Source: an uncultured Acidobacteriota bacterium (GTDB taxonomy: Bacteria > Acidobacteriota > Thermoanaerobaculia > Multivoradales > JAHEKO01). From it: a DNA stretch of 64,000 bases. Position numbers and translations under genes: made by a program. The stretch is from positions 1,664,001-1,728,000 of the forward strand of contig CAVQNG010000003.1 of assembly GCA_963713825.1 (NCBI GenBank). Direction: 5' to 3'. Every line of letters starts with the position of its first letter. The first letter of the stretch is position 1. Positions 37,393-46,861 of the stretch are shown here, piece after piece. The notes beneath the pieces are model-generated. The model had not been told where the DNA came from. It ran no database searches and saw nothing but the letters and a program-made list of their open reading frames with translations.

Positions 37393-40314
37393 CTACTCGC
37401 CCTTGTACGGTACTCCGTCGGTCATCCAGGCGGGGGCTGGTGTTCCCTTCAGGTGGTGATCGAAGAACTGCATCATCTTGATCGAGTAGTCCACCTTGTT
37501 CGGGTACTTCTTCAAGTGGTGGGGCTCATCTCGGTACTGGAGGAAGATGCAGTCCTTGTCCAGGCGCCGGCAGGCCAGATAGAGCTCGATTCCCTGGTAC
37601 CAGGGTACCGCTTCGTCCTGGTCTCCAAACTGGATCAACAGCGGCGTCTCGATCTGGTCAGCGAAAAAGACCGGTGAGTTCTCGATGTAGAGGTCCCGAG
37701 CCCCCCAGAGGCTGGCGCCGATACGACTCTGCGACTGCTCGTACTGGAACTGTCGGGCCAGCCCTGAACCCCAGCGGATGCCGCTGTAGGCGCTCGTCAT
37801 GTTCGAGACCGGCGCGCCGGCGACGGCCGCTTTGAAGACATCGGTCTCGGTGACGACAAAAGCGGTCTGATAGCCGCTCCAGGAATGGCCGTGCAGGCCG
37901 ATGGCCTCGGGGTCGGCCACGCCCATCTCGACGAGTTTCTCGACTCCGGGAACCAGGCATCTCGTGGCGGAGGATCCCGGCCGGCCGATCTCGAAGCGGA
38001 TGTCGGGCAGAAAGACCGCGTAGCCGTTCGAGGCGTACATCGGAAAGCTGGGCCGGTGGTTGATGACCGGCTCGTTGAACTCGTTGAGCCGCTGTGAGAA
38101 GAAGCGGTAGTAGTAGATCAGCACGGGGTATCGCTTTTCCGGGTCGTAGTTTCCCGGCTTGATCAAGACACCCTGCAGCGGGTCGCCATCGAGACTCTCC
38201 CATTCCACGAGCTCGGCCTCACCCCAGGCGAAATCCGCGATCTGGGGATTGGCATCGCTCAGCATCTGGGGCTCACCGAAGCTTCCCGCCGAGAGGTCCG
38301 GAGTGGTTGTCCGGAGGTCGGGGAACTCGTCGTAGCGCTCGCGGGTGAAGAGGACCCTGCTTGTATCCTCCGCTTTGGCGATGAATTCCACGAGATGCTC
38401 GCCGGTGCCGAGGAGCTTGGTAGCGCCGCTCTGACCAGGCTGGGAGGTGTAGAGGGCGTCGTGCTTCTGCTTCTGGTGATAGCCCTCGACGAGCAAATGG
38501 GAGTCCGGCTCGATGACATCCTCCTCGGGATCCACATCGACGACTCTGAACGTCGTCTCCTGCCGGCGCCCCGAGCCGCCAGTCAGGCTGAACGGCTCGC
38601 TGCCGTCTGTCGGGACCTGCCAGATGTCGTACTTGTCGTAGACGAAGATCGCGCTGTCGTCGGCCAGCCATTCGCTGAAGCCGTATCCCGGTGGGGCGCT
38701 GGGATAGTCGTGATCTTCGTCGGCGAAGGGAGCGTCGAGGTCCGCCGTGACGTTGTGGCTGGCGCCTGAAGCAACGTCGAAGAGGTGGTAGTTCCCCTCG
38801 TCGTAGTAAAGAACAAAGCGGCCGCCGGGTGACAGGGTCCAGTTCGGCTTCCAGTCTTCCTCCAAGCGCTTGGCGACCAGCGTGCGCTCACCGTTGGTGA
38901 GGCTCACCGTGTAGAGGTCGACGAAGGCGCCTTCCCAGGTGCGCTCCCTGAGATAGGGCACATCGGCCAATGCTAGAGCGACAACGGGATTGTCGTTCTG
39001 TTCGACGATGCGCGCCTCGAGGTCGGCCAGGGGCACGATCGAACCCTTGTCCAGGTGGTACACAGCCCGATAGGTGCGGTCCTTCTCCTCGTCCTCCCAC
39101 CTCTCCTTCTGATTGGGGATGATGAGGGGGTCATTCCAATGCCAGACATCGACGCCCCTGTCTTCAACGATACTCTCGACGTCATAGGGCTCGAACGCCT
39201 CGTCTTCTTCCTCTTCACCTTCGACCGCTTCCTGTTCCTCATCGGGATCGACAGGCTTGAAGCCGAAGAAGAGGCGCTGGCCGTCGCGGCTCCAGGCGAG
39301 CTCTTGGACGGCGGGCAACGTCCAGCCTTCGGGTGCGTCGGCTTCGGAGGCTACTGCACGGGCGCCGCTATCGTCCCAGATCCAGAGAGTGCCGTCGCCA
39401 GGCTCTGCCTCGTCGTCGAGCGGTGCCTCTACGAAGGCCAAGCGACTGCGGTCTTTGGTCCGGGTCAGGTGGGCGTAGCGTGCTCGGACTTGCTGCGTCA
39501 GGGTCTCTTCCGGCAGGCCTTGCTGGTCGAGACGCCGCAGATAGACGCCATCGGTTCGGTCTTGCTCTTCATCGGCTGGGGCCGACACCGCGTAGGCGAG
39601 AACGGTGGAGGGCTCGTCGAACGAATACTCGGTGACGTGGGGCAGCTCCAGCTCTTCGCCGTTCGTCAGGTCTCGCAAACGAAGCGTCGTACCGAGCTTC
39701 TTCTTGTCCTCTTCGGTCTCGTCTTCCTTCTCGGCCTGCTCGCTGGCCACGGTCACAGGTTCTGATTCCCCTTCGGCCGCGACTTCTTCGTGACCGGTCG
39801 GGGTGCCATCCGTGGGCTCGTCCTCGCTCTCGCCTTCCTCCTCCTCGAAGAGTTTGTAGGCCAGGAAGTGGCCGTCCTCGGAGAAGGCGAAGCTCTCGAC
39901 TCTTTCGAGCCGCTCCTCGCTGCCGTCAGTGAGATCGAGAATCGCCAGGCCTGTCTTGGGCCCGTCCTCGTCGCTCTCCTCCTCTGCCTCGAGTCGTGCC
40001 TCGAGGCTCGGTTGAATCGCCGCCGCAACCCAATGCTCGTCACCCGAAATCGCAGGATCCGAGCCGAGCTCGATGTGGTACACAGCCTCTCCGACTGTCG
40101 ACCTGACGACAACCTCGCCGTCACCGCGGTCCGGCTTCAACGAGTAGGCGACCCAGGTTCCTTGCTTTGACAGCACCGCACCCTCGATCTGTCGAAACTG
40201 CATCAGATCGACCCAGGTGAGGGGCTTGGTTCCAGCGTCGGAATCGCTGGCTCCAATCAGCTGGGCGAGAAGCAAGAGGACTGCCGGAAAGCGCAGGCAT
40301 TTCAAGGCAAGCAT
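37393..40314 (-). CDS. Secreted S9 prolyl oligopeptidase-family peptidase
   Basis: Signal peptide; GHSWSG nucleophile, GDQDEAV, EPHH. Confidence 0.92.
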   Translation of the reverse strand: MLALKCLRFPAVLLLLAQLIGASDSDAGTKPLTWVDLMQFRQIEGAVLSKQGTWVAYSLKPDRGDGEVVVRSTVGEAVYHIELGSDPAISGDEHWVAAAIQPSLEARLEAEEESDEDGPKTGLAILDLTDGSEERLERVESFAFSEDGHFLAYKLFEEEEGESEDEPTDGTPTGHEEVAAEGESEPVTVASEQAEKEDETEEDKKKLGTTLRLRDLTNGEELELPHVTEYSFDEPSTVLAYAVSAPADEEQDRTDGVYLRRLDQQGLPEETLTQQVRARYAHLTRTKDRSRLAFVEAPLDDEAEPGDGTLWIWDDSGARAVASEADAPEGWTLPAVQELAWSRDGQRLFFGFKPVDPDEEQEAVEGEEEEDEAFEPYDVESIVEDRGVDVWHWNDPLIIPNQKERWEDEEKDRTYRAVYHLDKGSIVPLADLEARIVEQNDNPVVALALADVPYLRERTWEGAFVDLYTVSLTNGERTLVAKRLEEDWKPNWTLSPGGRFVLYYDEGNYHLFDVASGASHNVTADLDAPFADEDHDYPSAPPGYGFSEWLADDSAIFVYDKYDIWQVPTDGSEPFSLTGGSGRRQETTFRVVDVDPEEDVIEPDSHLLVEGYHQKQKHDALYTSQPGQSGATKLLGTGEHLVEFIAKAEDTSRVLFTRERYDEFPDLRTTTPDLSAGSFGEPQMLSDANPQIADFAWGEAELVEWESLDGDPLQGVLIKPGNYDPEKRYPVLIYYYRFFSQRLNEFNEPVINHRPSFPMYASNGYAVFLPDIRFEIGRPGSSATRCLVPGVEKLVEMGVADPEAIGLHGHSWSGYQTAFVVTETDVFKAAVAGAPVSNMTSAYSGIRWGSGLARQFQYEQSQSRIGASLWGARDLYIENSPVFFADQIETPLLIQFGDQDEAVPWYQGIELYLACRRLDKDCIFLQYRDEPHHLKKYPNKVDYSIKMMQFFDHHLKGTPAPAWMTDGVPYKGE

Positions 40315-40468
40315 GGCTGTGGAACCCTCCAGACGAGCGACAGATGGGATCTCCGATTGCGACGCCAGGAACTATATCCGAGGCTTCGGGCCAATCGGCT
40401 ACAATGAGCCTCGCTGCTTTGAAGTGAAACGCTGATTGAGTCGCGGATCGCGGTTGGAGGTCACGGGT

Positions 40469-42850
40469 ATGATCGGGGAGACCCTCGCTCGCTACAAGAT
40501 TGTGGACCAGCTCGGGGTTGGTGGAATGGGAGTGGTCTATCTGGCCGAGGACACGGACCTCGACCGTAAGGTAGCGCTCAAGATGCTGCCGGCCGAGATG
40601 GCCGGGGACCCGGAGCGCTTGGAACGGTTTCGCCGTGAAGCGAAGGCCGTAGCCGCACTGAATCACCCCAACATCGTCACCATTTACAGCATCGAAGAGA
40701 GCGCTGGAACCCAGTTCCTCACCATGGAGCACGTCGATGGGGAGAGCCTGGATCAGATGCTGCCGCCCACAGGGATGCCGCTGTCGAAGGTGTTCGACAT
40801 TGCGGTACCCCTGGCCGACGCGTTGGCGACGGCCCATGAGCGAGGCATCGTCCACCGGGATCTCAAGCCGGCCAATATCATGGTGAACAAGGAAGGCCGC
40901 GTGAAGGTTTTGGACTTCGGGCTGGCCAAACTGACCCAGGACGACGCCCCTGAAGGAGCCGAAGGGGATCTGACTCAGATTCCGACCCGTATCGCCACCC
41001 TGACCGGCGAAGGGATGGTGATGGGCACAGCCCCGTACATGTCGCCCGAGCAAATCGAAGGTCGGGCTATGGACCACCGAACCGACATCTTCTCGCTCGG
41101 GGTCCTACTTTACGAACTGGCTACAGGACGCCGTCCCTTCGACAGCGACAATTCTGCCGGTTTGGTCTCGAGCATTTTGCGCGATACCCCGAGCTCGGTG
41201 ACGGACATCAATCCAGGGCTGCCGCGACACCTGGCACGAATCGTCCAGCACTGTCTGGAGAAGGATCCCGAGGCGCGCTACCAATCAGCCAAGGATGTGA
41301 GGAACGAGCTCAAGAGCCTGCGCCGTGAGGTCGATTCGGGTACGGTCACGACAGGCAGCGGTATCTCGCCAGCCGAGCCGCCGCTGGGTGAGCTGCGGAA
41401 GAAGTCGGGCTTGGGACTTTGGATCGGACTTGCAGCTGCCGCGGTATTGATCCTGCTGATCGGCTGGTGGGTGGGGCGTGGTGGCGGAACCGACGAAGCG
41501 ACGTCGGGTGATGTAGCTGACCGGGCCGCCCCAGTACCGGTGGCAGCACAGTCGGAGGTGCCTTCGGTGGCGATTCTGCCGTTCAAGAACCTGAGCGCAG
41601 ACCCCGACAACGAGTACTTCGCTGACGGTCTCACTGAAGAGTTGATTGGTGCGCTCGCCAAGGTCGATGGCCTGCGCATACCAGCCCGCAGCTCGGTATT
41701 TGCCCTCAAAGGGAGCACCCTCAGCGTGCAGGAGATCGGCGAGCGTTTAGGTGTCGACAACGTTCTGGAGGGCGGCGTTCGCAAGGCTGGCAATCAATTG
41801 CGCATCAGCGCCCAACTGATCAAGGTGGCGGACGGTTTCAACCTCTGGTCCGAGACCTACGACCGGGAGCTCGAGGACGTCTTCCTGATTCAGGATGAGA
41901 TTGCCACCAGCATCGGGGAAGCCTTGCAGCTGACGCTGGCGCCGGGGGGCGATAGGCTCGTACAGGCCGGGCGTAGCACCGACATTCGCGGCTACGACTT
42001 CTATCTTCGAGGACGGGGCTACTTTCGCCGCCGCACCCGTGATGACATCGAGTCGGCGCGCCAGATGTTCATCAAGGCCATCGAGATCGACCCGGAGTAC
42101 GCACCGGCCTATGCCGGCCTGGCCGACACCTACACGGAGTTCTGGCGCAACTACGAGAGTACCGATGAGAACCTGCAGCAGGCGGACCAGGCAAGCCTCA
42201 AGGCGGTTGAGATGGATCCCGACCTGGCAGAGGCACGCGCCGCCAGAGGGTACGCCCTGGGGCAGCAAAGGAAGTACGACGAGGCCAGGCAGGAGTTCGA
42301 GACGGCAATCAGTCTGAACCCCAAGCTCTTCGAGGCCTACTACTACTACGGCACTGTCGCATTTGCCCAGGGAGAGCTCAAGCGGGCCGGCGAGATGTTC
42401 GAGATGGCAACGGAGGTGGCGCCGGACGACATCAGGGCTCTGCAGCTCTTGCCTCAGATCTACCGCAGTCTTGGCAGGGAAGACGAAGTTCGAGAGGCTA
42501 GCGAGCGCCGGCTGGCACTCGCTGAGAGGCTGCTGGAGCTCGATCCGGACGACGTCCAGACACTCCTCTATGGGGCCAATGCACTGGCCACGCTCGGGGA
42601 GCGGGAGCGCAGCTTGGAATGGGCGGCACGGGTACTGGAAGTCGACACCGATGACGCTCTGGTGCTGTACAACATTGCCTGTTTCTACTCACTTGCCGGG
42701 GAAGTCAAGCCGGCGCTCGAAGCGCTCGAGCGATCCTACGAGGCCGGTCTGGCGGATCCGGAGTGGATGGAGCAGGACAGCGATCTCGACAACCTGCGCG
42801 AAGAGGCCCGCTACCAGGCCTTGGTCGAGCGCATGGAAGCCCACGGATAG
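40469..42850 (+). CDS. Ser/Thr protein kinase with TM segment, TolB-N-like domain and TPR repeats
   Basis: LGVGGMGVVY, HRDLKPAN, DFGLAK, YMSPE; SVAILPFKNLS...YFADGLTEELI; GGAGG RBS. Confidence 0.93.
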   Translation: MIGETLARYKIVDQLGVGGMGVVYLAEDTDLDRKVALKMLPAEMAGDPERLERFRREAKAVAALNHPNIVTIYSIEESAGTQFLTMEHVDGESLDQMLPPTGMPLSKVFDIAVPLADALATAHERGIVHRDLKPANIMVNKEGRVKVLDFGLAKLTQDDAPEGAEGDLTQIPTRIATLTGEGMVMGTAPYMSPEQIEGRAMDHRTDIFSLGVLLYELATGRRPFDSDNSAGLVSSILRDTPSSVTDINPGLPRHLARIVQHCLEKDPEARYQSAKDVRNELKSLRREVDSGTVTTGSGISPAEPPLGELRKKSGLGLWIGLAAAAVLILLIGWWVGRGGGTDEATSGDVADRAAPVPVAAQSEVPSVAILPFKNLSADPDNEYFADGLTEELIGALAKVDGLRIPARSSVFALKGSTLSVQEIGERLGVDNVLEGGVRKAGNQLRISAQLIKVADGFNLWSETYDRELEDVFLIQDEIATSIGEALQLTLAPGGDRLVQAGRSTDIRGYDFYLRGRGYFRRRTRDDIESARQMFIKAIEIDPEYAPAYAGLADTYTEFWRNYESTDENLQQADQASLKAVEMDPDLAEARAARGYALGQQRKYDEARQEFETAISLNPKLFEAYYYYGTVAFAQGELKRAGEMFEMATEVAPDDIRALQLLPQIYRSLGREDEVREASERRLALAERLLELDPDDVQTLLYGANALATLGERERSLEWAARVLEVDTDDALVLYNIACFYSLAGEVKPALEALERSYEAGLADPEWMEQDSDLDNLREEARYQALVERMEAHG

Positions 42851-42918
42851 CTCCCCTCCTGATCGCCCGACCTGGGACTCGGGACCTGGATCTTGGGCAG
42901 TTGAACCCTCTTCTCGTA

Positions 42919-43081
42919 GAGGCCCGTCCGGGTGGTCCGCAGGCGGACGGCGTCAGCTACTCAGACTGCAGTGGGGGGCCGCCACCTCGTCTCGTCTTCG
43001 CGCCCCATCTCCTGTGCTCTATCAAGGACCTTGCGCTGCGCTCGACTCGGCGCCCCCTGTCGAACCACCCGAACGAGCCTC
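42919..43081 (+). repeat. Palindromic element, family 1, copy C
   Basis: Matches copies A and E. Confidence 0.9.
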
Positions 43082-43115
43082 TTTTCACCGGTAGAGCCAG
43101 ACGATCACCCTTCGT

Positions 43116-43144
43116 GTAGGGGAGAGGCTTGCCCCCTCCCGCGG
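43116..43144 (+). repeat. GTAG-type REP element
   Basis: GTAG-GGGAGAGGCTTGCCCCCTCCC; near-identical copy at 44739. Confidence 0.8.
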
Positions 43145-43212
43145 CGTTACCAGTCCTCTCAACGACAAAGCTCATCGTACTTCTCGGAGATCTTGGGCCA
43201 CAGTAACTACAC

Positions 43213-43244
43213 TTGACAAAGTACTTAATATTGTAAAGTATAAG
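43213..43244 (+). promoter_or_regulatory. AT-rich promoter-like region with TTGACA and an imperfect inverted repeat TACTT...AAGTA
   Basis: TTGACAAAGTACTTAATATTGTAAAGTATAAG directly before the ATG at 43250; -10 spacing is non-ideal. Confidence 0.45.
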
Positions 43245-43249
43245 CCTCC

Positions 43250-44887
43250 ATGACGAGATTCCTGCCGAGTTGGATGCACGAACCTCCGGAGCTGGAGCAC
43301 GAGGCCTTTGGACCCGTCGAGCACCGACAAGCTCTCCTGGTCAACCCTTTCTACGCCAAGGACCCTTGCGGCAGTTTCGGCAAGCACGTTCTGACCCCTA
43401 GCCTGGCGCTGACCAGCATCGCTGCCGCGACGCCGCCCCATTGGCGGGTGACCTACTGGGACGAGAACCTGTTGCAGGGCCCGCCACCTGGTCGTCCGAT
43501 TCCGCAGCTCGTCGGAATCACCGTCCATTTGACCTTTGCCGATCGCGCCTATCAAATTGCTCGCTACTATCGCGATCGAGGCTCGAAGGTGGTGCTGGGG
43601 GGGCTGCACATCCAGAGCTGCTCAGAGGAGGCCCTGGCTCATGCTGATGCGGTTGCGATCGGAGAAGGGGTTCAGCTTTGGCCTCGAATCGTCGCAGACC
43701 TGGAGCGCGGAGAGCTGAAGAAGGTCTATGAGGGCAGCTATCAGTCGCCCTACCAGTCCGATCCGCCGCCGCGTCGCGACCTCATACCACGACGGTCTTT
43801 TCTAACTACCGGCAGCCTGATTGCCACTCGTGGATGCCACAACCGGTGCGGGTTCTGTTATCTCGCGACGGCAGGAACGCATATGCCGTATCAGTTGCGA
43901 AACGTCGAGGACATTGTCGCGGAGATCCAGGCTTGTGGCGAACCGTATGTGGTTTTTGTCGACAACAACCTCGGCTCGCGACGAGACTATCTGCTGCGTC
44001 TATGTGAGGCTATTCGACCGCTCGAGATCATTTGGAGTGCCGCCGTCACGATTGATGTCACTGATGATCCCGCCCTGATCCAGGCCATGGCCCTGGCTGG
44101 TTGCACAGGCGTCTTCGTGGGCTTCGAATCGCTGGGGATGGAGAATCTGACCGCTGCCCGAAAACGGACCCCAGACCCGAGGGACTATGGCCGTCGAGTT
44201 CGGATCTTGCACGATTCTGGGATCCAGGTGAACGGCAGCTTCGTTTTCGGATTCGATGGCGATGGCCCGCGGGTGTTCGACAGCACCCTCCGGTGGATCG
44301 AAGAGAACCGGCTCGAGTGCGCCACCTTTCATATCCTCACCCCTTACCCGGGTACTCCGCTGTTCCGAAGGCTCGAGGCTGAGGGCCGCCTTTTGCATCG
44401 GGACTGGAATCTCTACGACACGGCGCATGTGGTCTTCCGACCTCAGGGAATGAGTGTCGATCAGCTACAAGAGGGCTACGACACCTGCTATCGACAACTG
44501 TTCTCGCATCGGTCGATTTGGCTGCGGCGACCGGACGACTGGCGGGCCACCCCGTCCTACCTGGCGGGTAGCTACCTCTACAAGCGCAGCAATCGCTTGT
44601 GGAGCTTTCTGATCCGCAGGCGGCTCGTTCACCAGGCGTGGCAGCCTCTCATCGAGCTGTCCCGCCGGCGCCATCTGCGATTTCGACGGCGACTGATGTC
44701 GGAGGCGGTTCCCCTACGTCCTGTGGGCCCGCCCGAATGTAGGGGAGGGGCTTGCCCCCTCCCGCGGGAGCCCGCAAGGGACTCCCATACATTGCCGACG
44801 CCGTCCCCTTGCGAACCACTGGGACAGACCTTCACAGGTTTGTCGAGCTTTGGTCGAGCGACGACTACGAATGGTGGTAGCCGCTGA
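43250..44887 (+). CDS. B12-binding domain radical SAM protein
   Basis: VVLGGLH, TRGCHNRCGFC (CxxxCxxC), FVDNN, VGFES, TPYPGT. Confidence 0.9.
   Translation: MTRFLPSWMHEPPELEHEAFGPVEHRQALLVNPFYAKDPCGSFGKHVLTPSLALTSIAAATPPHWRVTYWDENLLQGPPPGRPIPQLVGITVHLTFADRAYQIARYYRDRGSKVVLGGLHIQSCSEEALAHADAVAIGEGVQLWPRIVADLERGELKKVYEGSYQSPYQSDPPPRRDLIPRRSFLTTGSLIATRGCHNRCGFCYLATAGTHMPYQLRNVEDIVAEIQACGEPYVVFVDNNLGSRRDYLLRLCEAIRPLEIIWSAAVTIDVTDDPALIQAMALAGCTGVFVGFESLGMENLTAARKRTPDPRDYGRRVRILHDSGIQVNGSFVFGFDGDGPRVFDSTLRWIEENRLECATFHILTPYPGTPLFRRLEAEGRLLHRDWNLYDTAHVVFRPQGMSVDQLQEGYDTCYRQLFSHRSIWLRRPDDWRATPSYLAGSYLYKRSNRLWSFLIRRRLVHQAWQPLIELSRRRHLRFRRRLMSEAVPLRPVGPPECRGGACPLPREPARDSHTLPTPSPCEPLGQTFTGLSSFGRATTTNGGSR
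44739..44790. repeat. Inverted REP doublet (REPIN-like) inside the radical SAM 3' end
   Basis: GTAGGGGAGGGGCTTGCCCCCTCCC-GC-GGGAGCCCGCAAGGGACTCCCATAC. Confidence 0.8.
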
Positions 44888-45281
44888 GCAGGTAGTCGAT
44901 GCCAATGCCCATCATCTTCTCCCAGGCTTCTTCGACCTCGGTGCTGAACGCGGGATCGCACCGCTTGACCGATTCCAGCAGGCTGTCGAGCCACAGGTCG
45001 TAGAGCTCGGCCCCGACATCGAGGTCCTTGGCGCTGTGCCGTGCCGCCAGGTGGCCGAGGTATCTCTCGGGGCCATCCACAGGATCTTCCGAGGCCAGGA
45101 GGATGAGGTAGAAGGAGGCCCTCAGCAGTCGCTTTTGACGATGGAAGTCGGTGTTGGCGAAGCGCTCCTTGATCTTCGGTGACGAGTCCAGGAAGCGTTC
45201 GTAGAAGATGTCCAAGAACGCCGGGTTGCTGTCACACCGGCGCAGGCTCTGCTCGAAGATCTGGATCGTCTTTTCGTCCAC
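44865..45281 (-). CDS. Single-domain globin
   Basis: FYERF (B10 Tyr), F at CD1, RQK (E7 Gln), LAARH (F8 His), AW; AGGAGG RBS before GTG. Confidence 0.88.
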   Translation of the reverse strand: MDEKTIQIFEQSLRRCDSNPAFLDIFYERFLDSSPKIKERFANTDFHRQKRLLRASFYLILLASEDPVDGPERYLGHLAARHSAKDLDVGAELYDLWLDSLLESVKRCDPAFSTEVEEAWEKMMGIGIDYLLSGYHHS

Positions 45282-45327
45282 CGATTCCTCCTGCCCTAGT
45301 TTCGACTGGGGCTATTGTAGGCCAAAT

Positions 45328-46842
45328 CTAGGGAGGCGGCGTCGGTGCGTCGACCCAGCGCTCCAAATCGATCTGTTCCGCAGTGCGTCGGATTCCGTTG
45401 ATCATGCTGCGGAAGATGAAGCCGTGGAAGGGCAGGACGGAATACCAATAGAGGATTCCCAGCAGGCCCTTTGGCTTGAAGCGAGCGATCTGTTGGAGTT
45501 GGGACCGTCCCACGAGCCCAGGGACCGGTTCGATCCGAAACTCCAATAGAGCCTCTCCAGGGACCACCATTTCGGCTCGAAGGCTGAGCCAGCGGTCTCT
45601 TTCGAGGCCTGCGACGCGCCAGAAGTCGAGGGCGTCTCCATGACGGATCTCCTCTGCATGGCGCCGCCCTCTACGCAGTCCGGGCCCGCCGAGCAGGCGG
45701 TCGATACCGCCCCGTATCCGCCAGAGGATCTGCGAGGAGTACCAGCCGTTGCTACCACCGATACGGCAAATGGCGCGGAATACCTCCGAGGCCGTAGCGG
45801 CAACCTGAGTCTCTTCCTTGTGCACATAGGTCGTGCCACCGGCCCAGTCCGGATCACCGGGAATGGCACCCGCATCGGTCCAGGAGGTTTCGACGTCGCC
45901 GCGCTCGACGTTGCCCAGTGCCTCGTCGATGGCTTCTCGCACACTGAGGAGCTCCTGCGGCATGAGTTGTCGAGCTGTGTTGTTGCGGCACACGACACGG
46001 TTGCGGAGGCCTTCGGCCAGGGGTCGGGCGATGTGTCGACTCAACGGTGTTACGAGCTGGATCCAGAGAGAGCTCAGCCGCGGCGTCAGGACCAGCACTG
46101 GAATGACGAAGCGGTGCCGCAGACCCAAAGCCTCGGCCATGATTCTCATCATGTCGCGGTACGAGAGTATGTCGGGCCCGCCGATGTCGAGAGTTTGGCC
46201 GATGGTCTCCTCCATGACCAGCGCGTCGAGGAGGTATTCGATGACATTGCGCACCGCGATGGGCTGGCATTCCGTCTGCACCCACCGAGGTGTCACCATG
46301 ACGGGCAGTCTCTCGACCAGGTAGCGCAGAATCTCGAACGAGGCGGACCCCGCCCCGATGATCATGGCCGCCCTCAAAACAGTGACGGGAACGGGTCCAG
46401 AAGCTAACAGCTCTTCCGTTTCCCGCCGTGAGGAGAGGTGTTCGCTCAGGCCCTCACCGGTCTCGCCGAGGCCGCCAAGGTAGAGGATGCGTTCGCATCC
46501 CGCGTTGGCTGCTGCGGTGGAGAAGGCTCTGGCCAGCTCGGCGTCTTTCGAGGCGTAGGCGGGCCCCGCCGCCAGCATGGAGTGCACCAGGTAGTACGCC
46601 GCGCTGCAACCCTGCATCTGCTCGGTTAGGAGCGCGGTGTCGCTGACATCTCCGGCAACGATCTCGACCGTCGGCTCAGTAGCCCAGCTTCTCGATTCGA
46701 GCTTCTTCGGGCTTCTCGCCAGGCATCGGACTCGATAGCCCCGTTCCAGCAGACGTGGAACCAGTCTCCCCCCGATGTAGCCGGAGGCGCCGGTTACGAA
46801 GATCGCCGGTGCGGTACTGCCGGCTGGAATTGAGTTTCCCAT
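45328..46842 (-). CDS. Atypical SDR/NAD(P)-binding protein with DUF2867 (YbjT-like)
   Basis: VTGASGYIGGRL, YYLVHSM, HLSSR, GSASFE, LDFWRV, LRAEM. Confidence 0.9.
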   Translation of the reverse strand: MGNSIPAGSTAPAIFVTGASGYIGGRLVPRLLERGYRVRCLARSPKKLESRSWATEPTVEIVAGDVSDTALLTEQMQGCSAAYYLVHSMLAAGPAYASKDAELARAFSTAAANAGCERILYLGGLGETGEGLSEHLSSRRETEELLASGPVPVTVLRAAMIIGAGSASFEILRYLVERLPVMVTPRWVQTECQPIAVRNVIEYLLDALVMEETIGQTLDIGGPDILSYRDMMRIMAEALGLRHRFVIPVLVLTPRLSSLWIQLVTPLSRHIARPLAEGLRNRVVCRNNTARQLMPQELLSVREAIDEALGNVERGDVETSWTDAGAIPGDPDWAGGTTYVHKEETQVAATASEVFRAICRIGGSNGWYSSQILWRIRGGIDRLLGGPGLRRGRRHAEEIRHGDALDFWRVAGLERDRWLSLRAEMVVPGEALLEFRIEPVPGLVGRSQLQQIARFKPKGLLGILYWYSVLPFHGFIFRSMINGIRRTAEQIDLERWVDAPTPPP

Positions 46843-46861
46843 GTTTGGGCAGGGCCGGAGC

